57,180 bases of DNA from positions 1-57,180 of the IMG/VR virus record IMGVR_UViG_3300030107_003246. One strand, written 5' to 3'. A program made the translations under genes and the position numbers. Positions 39,043 to 47,870 of the stretch are shown here, one piece after another. This stretch comes from a virus (Duplodnaviria; Caudoviricetes). Below the pieces are notes generated by a model. The model had not been told where the DNA came from and did no database searches. It saw nothing but the letters and a program-made list of their open reading frames with translations. How positions within the stretch are numbered: position 1 is the first letter of the stretch; each line of letters opens with the position of its first letter.

Positions 39043-42000
39043 TAGAGGTTGTAAAGGACATAGAAATAGAAGTAAAATTTGATGCAGGTCCCTTTGTACA
39101 AATTACTTCTAAAGCTAAAAAAGATACTGAATATAATGTAGAGTTTTGGGATTCGGATAGTGATTACTTAGTATTTGATTCTATGATAAAAATTAATACG
39201 TGGACAGCTTTTTCTAGAAAGTGGTATACTAATTGGCGAATAGTGGTGTATGAAGATTCTAAATTAATTTATCAATATCAATTAGATTTAAAAGGTAAAG
39301 ATGTTTTTATAAGATTAGCTTCAAATATGTTAGGAGATAATTTTGCTTGGATTTCATATGTAGAAGAATTTAGAAAAAAACACAATTGTAATATATTTTG
39401 TGGAACATTATTTCCAGAAATATTTGAAGAAACTTATGATTTTACTTTTTGGAAAGAAGGTTCAGAATGGCCATCAAAAGAATTTTACGCTACATATGAA
39501 GTTGGGGTTTTTGGTTATAAAAATGAAGAACCATTTTATGAATTTGATAATTCTTGTAACAAACAAAGTTTATCTGATATTTCTATGCAACAAGCGGCTA
39601 CTGATATATTAGGACTACCATATAAAGAAATTAAACCAAAACTCAACTTAGAAAAATTTGAAAGTAAAAATAAAATTGAAGGTAAATATGTTTGTATAGG
39701 AATACACGCTAGCGCACAACTTAAATATTGGAATTACGAAAATGGTTGGCAAAAAATAGTTGATTATTTTTTGAATATTGGATATAAAGTTATATATTTA
39801 TCTAGAGAGAAGTCAGGTTTTATGGGAAATAAAATTCCAACTGGCGTTATTGATAAATCAGGTGACTTGCCGTTAGAAGATAGAATTGGTGATTTAAAGA
39901 ACGCCGAACTATTTATAGGTACAAGTTCAGGATTAAGTTGGTTGGCTTGGGCTGTAGATATTCCAGTGGTTTTAATTCACGGACACAATCATTCTTGGTA
40001 TAATTTTGCTGATAAAACAAAACATATCAACTTAGAAAATGATGATAGTGTTTGTACAGGTTGTTGGCATACCGATGGATTTGCACCAGGAGATTGGTAT
40101 TTTTGTCCAAAACACAAAGATACAGATAGACAATTTGAATGTACTAAAAAAATAACACCTGAAATGGTAATAGAGGGAATAGAAGTTATGCTAAATGATA
40201 AACAAAAATCGATTAAAACTTTACAAAGTGCTATAAATTTAACAATGGATGTAACATCAGAAGTAGGAAAGATGTGGTTTTACAATACTACTAAATCTGA
40301 GTTTTACGTTAGAGTGGTAGATCCTTATTCTGATTTAACTTTATATACTTCAAAAATAACTTTTGAAGATAATACTGCTTTTTGGCTTCCATTTAAATAT
40401 GTTACTCCTTGGGAAAATTATTATTTAGATAAATTAAACGTTGAAGTTTATACAACCGACCAAACAAAAATTAAAACATTTGATGTCAAATTAAATGACA
40501 ATGTTGTTAATAATAAAGATGAATTTAAATATGTAACCAATAAATTTGATGTAAGTTGGGCAAACCACAAAGAGATATTTTATGCAGATGAGTATAAAGG
40601 TTTATTTGATTTAAACGAAGATTCTGTGGTTTTAGATTTAGGTGCACATATAGGAGTTTTTACGAGATGGGTTTCAAAACAAAATGTTAAAGTTTGTTAT
40701 TCATTAGAACCAAATCCAACTTTATGGAATGGACTTAATAAAACATTTGAAAATTCAGATAATGTTAAACTTTTAAATAATGCATTAGGAGAACTTACTG
40801 AAGATAGATGGTTAAAGTATCCACAATATTCTACATCAAATGGTTCTTTTTATATCAATGATTGGCCTGAAATAGAAGATTGGGTTAATCCTACTAATTA
40901 TAATAATCCATTTACATACGAAAGAGATATAGTGGTTTCTAATATCAAATGCCTGTCATTTGATGATTTTATTGAACAAAATAAAATAGAAAAAATAGAT
41001 GTTATAAAATGTGATGTAGAAGGCGCTGAGTATGAAATATTTCGTAATGCAAGTGAAGATTATTTAAAAGAAAATGTTAGTACAATTTTATTAGAATTTC
41101 ATCACAATAAAGATAGATTAAAACCCATATTAGATAAATTAATAAAATGTGGATTTTTAGTTAAATATTTAAAAGGTGATGCTGACGCATATGATGGAAC
41201 TATTTTATTTACAAAAAAGAAATCAAAACCTGTAAAGGTTGGTGAAGATAGATGGGTTATGGGTGCAAATATTGGACACGACTCTGGCGCTACATTGGTT
41301 AAAAATGGTAAAATATTCGTTTCAGTAAATTCAGAAAGAATTACTAGAATAAAGCACGATGAAGCTAATGATGATTTTCCTTGGAAAGCTATGGACTATT
41401 GTTTAGATTATGCTGGGATAAAGAAAGATGATTTAGAAAGAATTGTTTGGAATGGTATAGGATTACCTCCCGAATTAGCTATAGATCCAAATGGACTTTG
41501 GGCTAGTAGATTAAAAGAGAATGGTTATAATTTTTCTGAAGATAGATTAAATTATTGTACACATCATTTAGCACACGCTTATTCAGCACATTACTCAAGT
41601 GGATTTGAAGAATCAGTTTCAATCGTAGTCGATGCTGGTGGAGAAACTAATTATAGAGAAGTAATTGATAAATTTTTTACTAATAAAATAGCACATATGA
41701 AAAAATATCCAATAGAAAAATGTGTGGAAGCTAGTAGTATTTATGAAATTAAAAAGGGTGTATTCACTAAAATATATTCTGCTTTCAAACCTTTTCCCGA
41801 AGCTGATTTATGGCCGACATTAGGACAATCAATTGGAGAATTTTATGCTTTAGGTTGTAACTATATAGGTATGGATGGTTTATATGATGCTGGAAAACTT
41901 ATGGGATTAGCTTCATATGGTAGACCTGAAGAATCTAAAAAAAGATTTGATGAACCAGTTGTGTATTTAGATCCAGATCCTAAATCAGGAGATTACTTTA

Positions 42001-43034
42001 TAAGAGTGCATCACGCTGTTCCGAGAGAAGAACAAACTTCAGAAACTCTTATGTATATAGATACACCGAGACCAATATATTGGAATTCTAATATATCAGG
42101 TGAAGATTTTCAATCGAAAGCCGATTGGGCTTGGATGGTTCAACATCAATTCGAAAAAATGATATTGTTTTTAGCTAAGAAAGCTTCAATGAATTCTAAT
42201 GTTAAATACTTAACAGGTTCTGGTGGTTGCTTTCTTAATTCAATTGCTAATCAAAAAATAGTTGATTTAGGTTTATTTGATGACCACTTTTATGTACCAG
42301 CATCGGATGATGGTGGCATATCAATTGGAACTGCCTTTTATGGATATTATAATTTTCATCCTGATAAAGGTAAGGTAAATTTAAATAATAAAGAAGAGAC
42401 TGTTTTTATGGGTAAGGATTACTCTGAGGAGGAAATAATGAGTGATATAGAAAATTTTGATAAAATAATTTATGAAAAAATTGAGGATGAAGAGGAGTTA
42501 GCTAAAAAAGTTGCTTCTTTTGTACACGATGGAAAGGTTGTTGGTTTCTTTCAAGGTGGTAGTGAAATGGGGCCTAGAGCATTAGGACATCGTAGTATAT
42601 TAGGAGACCCAACTCATCCCGATATGCAAGATATAATCAATAATAGGGTAAAACATAGAGAGTGGTACAGACCTTTTGCTCCTGCTTGTACTGTAGAAGA
42701 TGCTCATAAATATTTCACACATACTACAGAAAGCCCTTATATGTTGTTAATAGCTCAAGTAAAAGAAGAATTCAAAGAGAAGTTGCCATCTATAACACAC
42801 GTAGATGGAACTGCTCGATTACAAACTGTAAGGAGAGAAACTAATCAGAGGTACTATGATGTGATAAAAGAGTTTGGAAAACTATCGGGTATTCCAGTAG
42901 TTTTGAATACTTCTTTTAATGAAGCTGGTGAACCTATAGTAGAAACTCCTGCTGATGCTATAAGATGTTTTCTTAAAAATGATATTGATTATTTAGTTGT
43001 AGAAAATTATTTAATAACACCAATCAGAGACTAA
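39039..43034 (+). CDS. Trifunctional fusion: TibC/Aah-like protein O-heptosyltransferase, FkbM methyltransferase and NodU/CmcH carbamoyltransferase
   Basis: LGDNFAW, FIGTSSGLSWLAWA, VCTGCW...CPKH...QFECTKKI; VLDLGAHIGVF, KCDVEGAEY, LLEFHH; HHLAHAYSA, GKLMGLASYG, GPRALGHRS, KHREWYRPFAP, LNTSFN. TTG start after GGAG. Confidence 0.88.
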   Translation: MIEVVKDIEIEVKFDAGPFVQITSKAKKDTEYNVEFWDSDSDYLVFDSMIKINTWTAFSRKWYTNWRIVVYEDSKLIYQYQLDLKGKDVFIRLASNMLGDNFAWISYVEEFRKKHNCNIFCGTLFPEIFEETYDFTFWKEGSEWPSKEFYATYEVGVFGYKNEEPFYEFDNSCNKQSLSDISMQQAATDILGLPYKEIKPKLNLEKFESKNKIEGKYVCIGIHASAQLKYWNYENGWQKIVDYFLNIGYKVIYLSREKSGFMGNKIPTGVIDKSGDLPLEDRIGDLKNAELFIGTSSGLSWLAWAVDIPVVLIHGHNHSWYNFADKTKHINLENDDSVCTGCWHTDGFAPGDWYFCPKHKDTDRQFECTKKITPEMVIEGIEVMLNDKQKSIKTLQSAINLTMDVTSEVGKMWFYNTTKSEFYVRVVDPYSDLTLYTSKITFEDNTAFWLPFKYVTPWENYYLDKLNVEVYTTDQTKIKTFDVKLNDNVVNNKDEFKYVTNKFDVSWANHKEIFYADEYKGLFDLNEDSVVLDLGAHIGVFTRWVSKQNVKVCYSLEPNPTLWNGLNKTFENSDNVKLLNNALGELTEDRWLKYPQYSTSNGSFYINDWPEIEDWVNPTNYNNPFTYERDIVVSNIKCLSFDDFIEQNKIEKIDVIKCDVEGAEYEIFRNASEDYLKENVSTILLEFHHNKDRLKPILDKLIKCGFLVKYLKGDADAYDGTILFTKKKSKPVKVGEDRWVMGANIGHDSGATLVKNGKIFVSVNSERITRIKHDEANDDFPWKAMDYCLDYAGIKKDDLERIVWNGIGLPPELAIDPNGLWASRLKENGYNFSEDRLNYCTHHLAHAYSAHYSSGFEESVSIVVDAGGETNYREVIDKFFTNKIAHMKKYPIEKCVEASSIYEIKKGVFTKIYSAFKPFPEADLWPTLGQSIGEFYALGCNYIGMDGLYDAGKLMGLASYGRPEESKKRFDEPVVYLDPDPKSGDYFIRVHHAVPREEQTSETLMYIDTPRPIYWNSNISGEDFQSKADWAWMVQHQFEKMILFLAKKASMNSNVKYLTGSGGCFLNSIANQKIVDLGLFDDHFYVPASDDGGISIGTAFYGYYNFHPDKGKVNLNNKEETVFMGKDYSEEEIMSDIENFDKIIYEKIEDEEELAKKVASFVHDGKVVGFFQGGSEMGPRALGHRSILGDPTHPDMQDIINNRVKHREWYRPFAPACTVEDAHKYFTHTTESPYMLLIAQVKEEFKEKLPSITHVDGTARLQTVRRETNQRYYDVIKEFGKLSGIPVVLNTSFNEAGEPIVETPADAIRCFLKNDIDYLVVENYLITPIRD

Positions 43035-43037
43035 TAA

Positions 43038-44327
43038 ATGACTTGGGTTTTAGGTGTAAACATAGGGCATCAATCTGGCGCTACTTTAGTAAGAAGTGGT
43101 AAGGTATTTGTTTCTATAAATTTAGAAAGAATTACTAGAATTAAAAATGACAATGGCTATCCACCGCCAGAAGAAAATAATTGGGATTATTCATTAATAG
43201 AATTTCCTTGGAAAGCTATGGACTATTGTTTAGATTATGCTAACATACAGAAAACGGATTTAGATAGAATTGTTTGGAATGGTATTGGTTTAACACCAGA
43301 CCAACAAATAAGTGTAGATGGATTTTTAGTTCAGAAGTTGAAAAAAAATGGATACGATTTGCCAAATGATAGATTAAATTATTGTACACATCATTTAGCA
43401 CACGCATACTCAACTCATTACTCAAGTGGTTTTGATGAATCTATTATTTTAGTAGCTGACAATGCTGGTGAAATGAATTACAAACAAACAGTAGATGATT
43501 TTGTAGAAAATAAAATAGCACATATCCAAAAAACAAGACTTGGTGAGTGTGTTGAAGCTACTAGTATTTACGAAGTTAAGAAAGGTGTATTTAAAAGAAT
43601 ATACTCTCGCTACAAAGCAGCTTACTCATATTTTAATACAGTAGGAAAACACAAAGATGGGTCTGGTTTTAGCACTAGATATAGGTTAGGAAAGTCACTT
43701 GGAGAGTGGTATTATGATAATTGTATTCACATAGGTTTGACTGGAGATGATGCTGGAAAACTTATGGGATTAGCTCCTTTTGGAGATGAAGAAAAAGTTA
43801 GAGAAAAGTATAAAGAACCAATGGTATACATTGATAAAGATCCTAAAGCTGGTGAATACTTAATAAGAGCTCACGAATATCTTCCATATGAAGAGCAAGA
43901 AGAATTGGATGAAATGTATATAAATACACCAATACCATCTTATATGAGTGATACTATATATGAAAATGATTTTCAATCTAAAGCAGATCATGCTTGGTTT
44001 GTACAAAATCAATTTGAAAGAGTTGTTGAATTTTTAGCTAAAAAGTGTTCAATGATTTCAGATGTCAAAAACTTTTGTGCTGCAGGTGGCAGTTTCTTAA
44101 ATTCTGTGGCAAATCAAAAAATAATAGATTTGGATATTTTTGATAATCACTTTTTTGTTCCAGCAGCTGATGATGGTGGTATAAGTTTAGGATGTGCTTT
44201 TTATGGTTACTTTAACTTTCATAGTAAAAAAGGAATTTTCAACTTATCTAATAGAGAGGATAGTGCTTTTATGGGAAAAAAATATAATGAAAAAGAAATA
44301 TTAGGAGCTCTTAATGAATATAGCTAA
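43038..44327 (+). CDS. Carbamoyltransferase N-terminal (Kae1-like) domain only, paralog of the preceding gene
   Basis: ERITRIK, HHLAHAYS, AGKLMGLAPFG, GGSFLNSVAN, PAADDGGISLG; ends before the GPRALG domain. Confidence 0.85.
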   Translation: MTWVLGVNIGHQSGATLVRSGKVFVSINLERITRIKNDNGYPPPEENNWDYSLIEFPWKAMDYCLDYANIQKTDLDRIVWNGIGLTPDQQISVDGFLVQKLKKNGYDLPNDRLNYCTHHLAHAYSTHYSSGFDESIILVADNAGEMNYKQTVDDFVENKIAHIQKTRLGECVEATSIYEVKKGVFKRIYSRYKAAYSYFNTVGKHKDGSGFSTRYRLGKSLGEWYYDNCIHIGLTGDDAGKLMGLAPFGDEEKVREKYKEPMVYIDKDPKAGEYLIRAHEYLPYEEQEELDEMYINTPIPSYMSDTIYENDFQSKADHAWFVQNQFERVVEFLAKKCSMISDVKNFCAAGGSFLNSVANQKIIDLDIFDNHFFVPAADDGGISLGCAFYGYFNFHSKKGIFNLSNREDSAFMGKKYNEKEILGALNEYS

Positions 44328-46260
44328 AAAGCCACAAACCGATGTGGATATTCTTCATTATATTAATCAGACAAAAGAATTTTGGAAAGTAACAGATTTT
44401 CAAAAAGAGATATTAGATTTTGAGGGTTTCACACCACATATTCCTGATGACCTTAATTTTTACATAGGACATCCTGAAATGGCAGTAGATTACAGATCTG
44501 ATCGTGGTACTTCTTTTGGAGATATTATTCCATATACTAGATTGCCTGAGTTATTAAAAATATATTATAGAGGGTGTAAAGTATTTATACCAAAATGGTT
44601 CATTGATGTTTTTCAGCACAATCCATATATTGATGGAACACACGACTTTGATTATAAGTGGGGTTCTATGGGAACTTTTGGAACAACGATTCAGCGATGT
44701 ACTAATGTTTGGGGATTGAGAACAGAAGATTACACACCAAAATTATTTGCTTCACCGAATATTAAAAAAAGAAAAAACACTATATTGTTTACATTAAATA
44801 GTAAAACTGGTGGAAGATTTGGAGATAATGATTTATTAGAAGAAGTAGTTGAACATTTAGGAAAAAAATATCACTGTGTACAATTAGGTTTGTCAGATGA
44901 CTATTTAGTCAAATCAGCACATAAACACGTTTTAAATATTTCTAGAAATAAATTAATTGACTTTGTTGCAGAATTTCCTATATACATAGGCGCACAGAGT
45001 AGTATATATCATATAGCAAAGGGTTTGGGTTTAAAGACAATTGGGATATTGCCAGAAAAACAAAGACTAAAAGAAGCAGGTAGTGTACAAACTATATTTG
45101 GTGGATTTCATCCAGACTATGTACAATTACCTTTGCTTACAGTAACCAATACTATGGAAGTTGTACCTTGTGGAGAAGAACATTTTGAAAGAGCTAAATA
45201 TTTTCAACCAATGTTTCCCAATCAACCGCCAAATGGGGGCGCAGGTGAAAACTCTATAGCAGGATATAATGACACTATAGCACATTTAGGTTGGTTATAT
45301 CCCGATACACCACATTTAACTATGAGCCCTTTGGGAACTGAAAGATGCCCTACGCTATCTAAAGAAACTATTGATATGGCTTTAAATGATGAGATATATC
45401 CATTCAATGATGATAGATTGTGGGATTATTACAAACATAAAGAGTTGTGGACTGCACCAAATACTGATCCTCTAAATATTGCAAAAGGCTTTTCAACAGT
45501 GCTTAAAAAAGAAAAACCTAAAATAATATCATCTCATATACCTAGAACAGGTGGAAATTTATTTAGAAATGTTTTATACGATTTATATGGTGTTCGTGAT
45601 TGTTTAGAAAATGTAAAAGATAAAATATATTATGATGAAAAGTATTTTACACGTAAAGGTGATATGGTTATGTACGAAGATTATGGAGATAAGCCAGAAT
45701 ATAATTATTATGAAGTCAATCCCACAGTGGATGTTCCACAATACGAATGTATACACGGGCATTTTAGATTAGGTAAATATAAACAATTATTTAATTCTCA
45801 TAAATTAATTGTTTGGCTTAGAAATCCTATAGATAGATTAATATCACACTATTACTTTTTAAAAAATTCACCACTACATATCGATCCTATACAAAACAAA
45901 CTGATAGCAGAAGAATTAGACTTATATCAATTTTGTGAGTTAGAAACTTCTAAAAATATCTATAAAAAGTATTTTCAAAAATATTCTAAAAATATAGACT
46001 TCATAGGAATTACTGAAAGTTATAATGATAGTTTGAGAAAGTTTGAAAAAATGTTTGATGTTGAAGTAGGAGATACATATCCATATTTTGATATAGAATC
46101 AGGCGATTCAGATTTTAAAAACAATATACAAAATTCAAAGTGGGCTGTATATAAAAAAGAATATGATAAAATAGATAGAAACTTTATAAAAAAATTAAAT
46201 CAAGATGACATAGAAATATACAATCAATCAGTAAGAATAAATTCGGAATATAAATTATGA
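44314..46260 (+). CDS. GT9-like glycosyltransferase fused to a sulfotransferase-family domain
   Basis: SFGDII and YIGAQSSIYHIAKGLG (GT9-like); HIPRTGG and LRNPIDRLISHY (PAPS-binding motifs); FIGITE. Confidence 0.7.
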   Translation: MNIAKKPQTDVDILHYINQTKEFWKVTDFQKEILDFEGFTPHIPDDLNFYIGHPEMAVDYRSDRGTSFGDIIPYTRLPELLKIYYRGCKVFIPKWFIDVFQHNPYIDGTHDFDYKWGSMGTFGTTIQRCTNVWGLRTEDYTPKLFASPNIKKRKNTILFTLNSKTGGRFGDNDLLEEVVEHLGKKYHCVQLGLSDDYLVKSAHKHVLNISRNKLIDFVAEFPIYIGAQSSIYHIAKGLGLKTIGILPEKQRLKEAGSVQTIFGGFHPDYVQLPLLTVTNTMEVVPCGEEHFERAKYFQPMFPNQPPNGGAGENSIAGYNDTIAHLGWLYPDTPHLTMSPLGTERCPTLSKETIDMALNDEIYPFNDDRLWDYYKHKELWTAPNTDPLNIAKGFSTVLKKEKPKIISSHIPRTGGNLFRNVLYDLYGVRDCLENVKDKIYYDEKYFTRKGDMVMYEDYGDKPEYNYYEVNPTVDVPQYECIHGHFRLGKYKQLFNSHKLIVWLRNPIDRLISHYYFLKNSPLHIDPIQNKLIAEELDLYQFCELETSKNIYKKYFQKYSKNIDFIGITESYNDSLRKFEKMFDVEVGDTYPYFDIESGDSDFKNNIQNSKWAVYKKEYDKIDRNFIKKLNQDDIEIYNQSVRINSEYKL

Positions 46261-47870
46261 GTAAGGTATTTGGTATAATAGGTCACGCTCACGATTCTAC
46301 AGTTGCTTATATAGAAGATGGTGAAATAAAAGTGGTTATAGAAGAGGAGAGAATTCGTAAGATTAAATCTTGGGCACTTAGTGGGGTTTATCCGTGGTTT
46401 GCTATGGATACAATAGAAAATGATATGGGATATAAATTAGAGGATTCGGACTATATTTGTATAGCAGAAGTAGCAGAGCCAGATTTAGATAGATATAAAT
46501 CAGAAGAGATGAGAAGAAAGGTGGTTACATATCCACATCATTTACTTCACGCAGTTGGCGCATATTATACATCAGGTTTTAAAGAAAAGACTTTAGTTAT
46601 TACTCACGATGGAAGTGGTTTTAAAACTGTTGGTAGGGTTTATTTAGGTTATGATGATAAATTACATTTAGTACATAAACAACCAAAAGAAAAATCAGCG
46701 TCTATTGGACAATATTTTGGTCGTTGTACAACTCAGTTTGCACCAAAAGGAGCTGTGTGGCATTCTCTTAAAGATGAGGGAAAGCTTATGGGTATGGCTG
46801 GTCACGGAAAATATAATGAAGAGATGTATAATAAATTAAAACAATTATTACACTACACCAATGATTTGAATTTTGGTCCTTGTGGAAATTGGAATAGAGT
46901 AGAAACATTTTTTGAATCACTTCGTGAAGAGGAATCTGATTGGAGTGATAATTTCGAACTAAGAGCCGAGTGGGCTTTCAATGTACAAAAGTTATTAGAA
47001 GATGTTTTTTTAGAATATTTAGAAGATTTACATAAATTTTATCCTGAATATAAAAGGGTGGCAGTTGCTGGTGGCATTTTTGCTAATGTAAAATTAAATC
47101 AAAAAATAAATGAATTGGATTGGGTTGATGAAGTTTATGTGTATCCTGCTATGAGTGATTCTGGACTAGCATTAGCAGCTGCTATAATGAAATCAGTAGA
47201 ATTAGGTGAGTGGGAAAATAAAAGATTTGAAAATGTATTTTTAGGAAACGATTATACAAAAGACGAAATAAAAAAAGAAGAAAAAGAATGGAATTTCAAT
47301 AAAGAAAAATTTGACTCTAAAAAAGTTGCTAAACTATTAAATGATGGAAATATTATTGGTTGCTTTCAAGGAAAAATGGAATATGGACCTAGAGCATTGG
47401 GTTCAAGAAGTATTTTAGTTAGAGCTACCGATAAAGAGATGCACGAAACTTTAAATAATAGATTAGAAAGACACGAAATAATGCCATTTGCTCCAATTAT
47501 TTTAGGAGAGAAAGTAGATGATGTTTGTAAAAATACAAAATCAAAAATGACTGCAGAGTTTATGACAATGTGTTATACAGTAAAAGATGAGTGGGTTGAT
47601 AAAATACCAGCAGTAGTTCATAGAGTGGATAATACACTAAGACCTCAATTAGTTTTTAAAGAAAGAAATAAATTCTTTCATAGTATTTTAAATGAATATT
47701 ACAAAATATCTAAAATACCAGTTCTCTTAAACACATCTTTTAATGGTCACGGACAACCGATTATATATGATTTGAATCAGCCATTTGAACATTTAGAAAA
47801 AGGAACTGTTGATTATTTAGTTTTGGAAGATAATTTATATTGGAGTAAAAATGAGAAGAAGGCCGATTAG
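46257..47870 (+). CDS. Full-length NodU/CmcH carbamoyltransferase
   Basis: HDS, EEERIRKIK, HHLLHA, HDGSG, EGKLMGMA, GPRALGSRS, MPFAP, LNTSFNGHG. Confidence 0.92.
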   Translation: MSKVFGIIGHAHDSTVAYIEDGEIKVVIEEERIRKIKSWALSGVYPWFAMDTIENDMGYKLEDSDYICIAEVAEPDLDRYKSEEMRRKVVTYPHHLLHAVGAYYTSGFKEKTLVITHDGSGFKTVGRVYLGYDDKLHLVHKQPKEKSASIGQYFGRCTTQFAPKGAVWHSLKDEGKLMGMAGHGKYNEEMYNKLKQLLHYTNDLNFGPCGNWNRVETFFESLREEESDWSDNFELRAEWAFNVQKLLEDVFLEYLEDLHKFYPEYKRVAVAGGIFANVKLNQKINELDWVDEVYVYPAMSDSGLALAAAIMKSVELGEWENKRFENVFLGNDYTKDEIKKEEKEWNFNKEKFDSKKVAKLLNDGNIIGCFQGKMEYGPRALGSRSILVRATDKEMHETLNNRLERHEIMPFAPIILGEKVDDVCKNTKSKMTAEFMTMCYTVKDEWVDKIPAVVHRVDNTLRPQLVFKERNKFFHSILNEYYKISKIPVLLNTSFNGHGQPIIYDLNQPFEHLEKGTVDYLVLEDNLYWSKNEKKAD

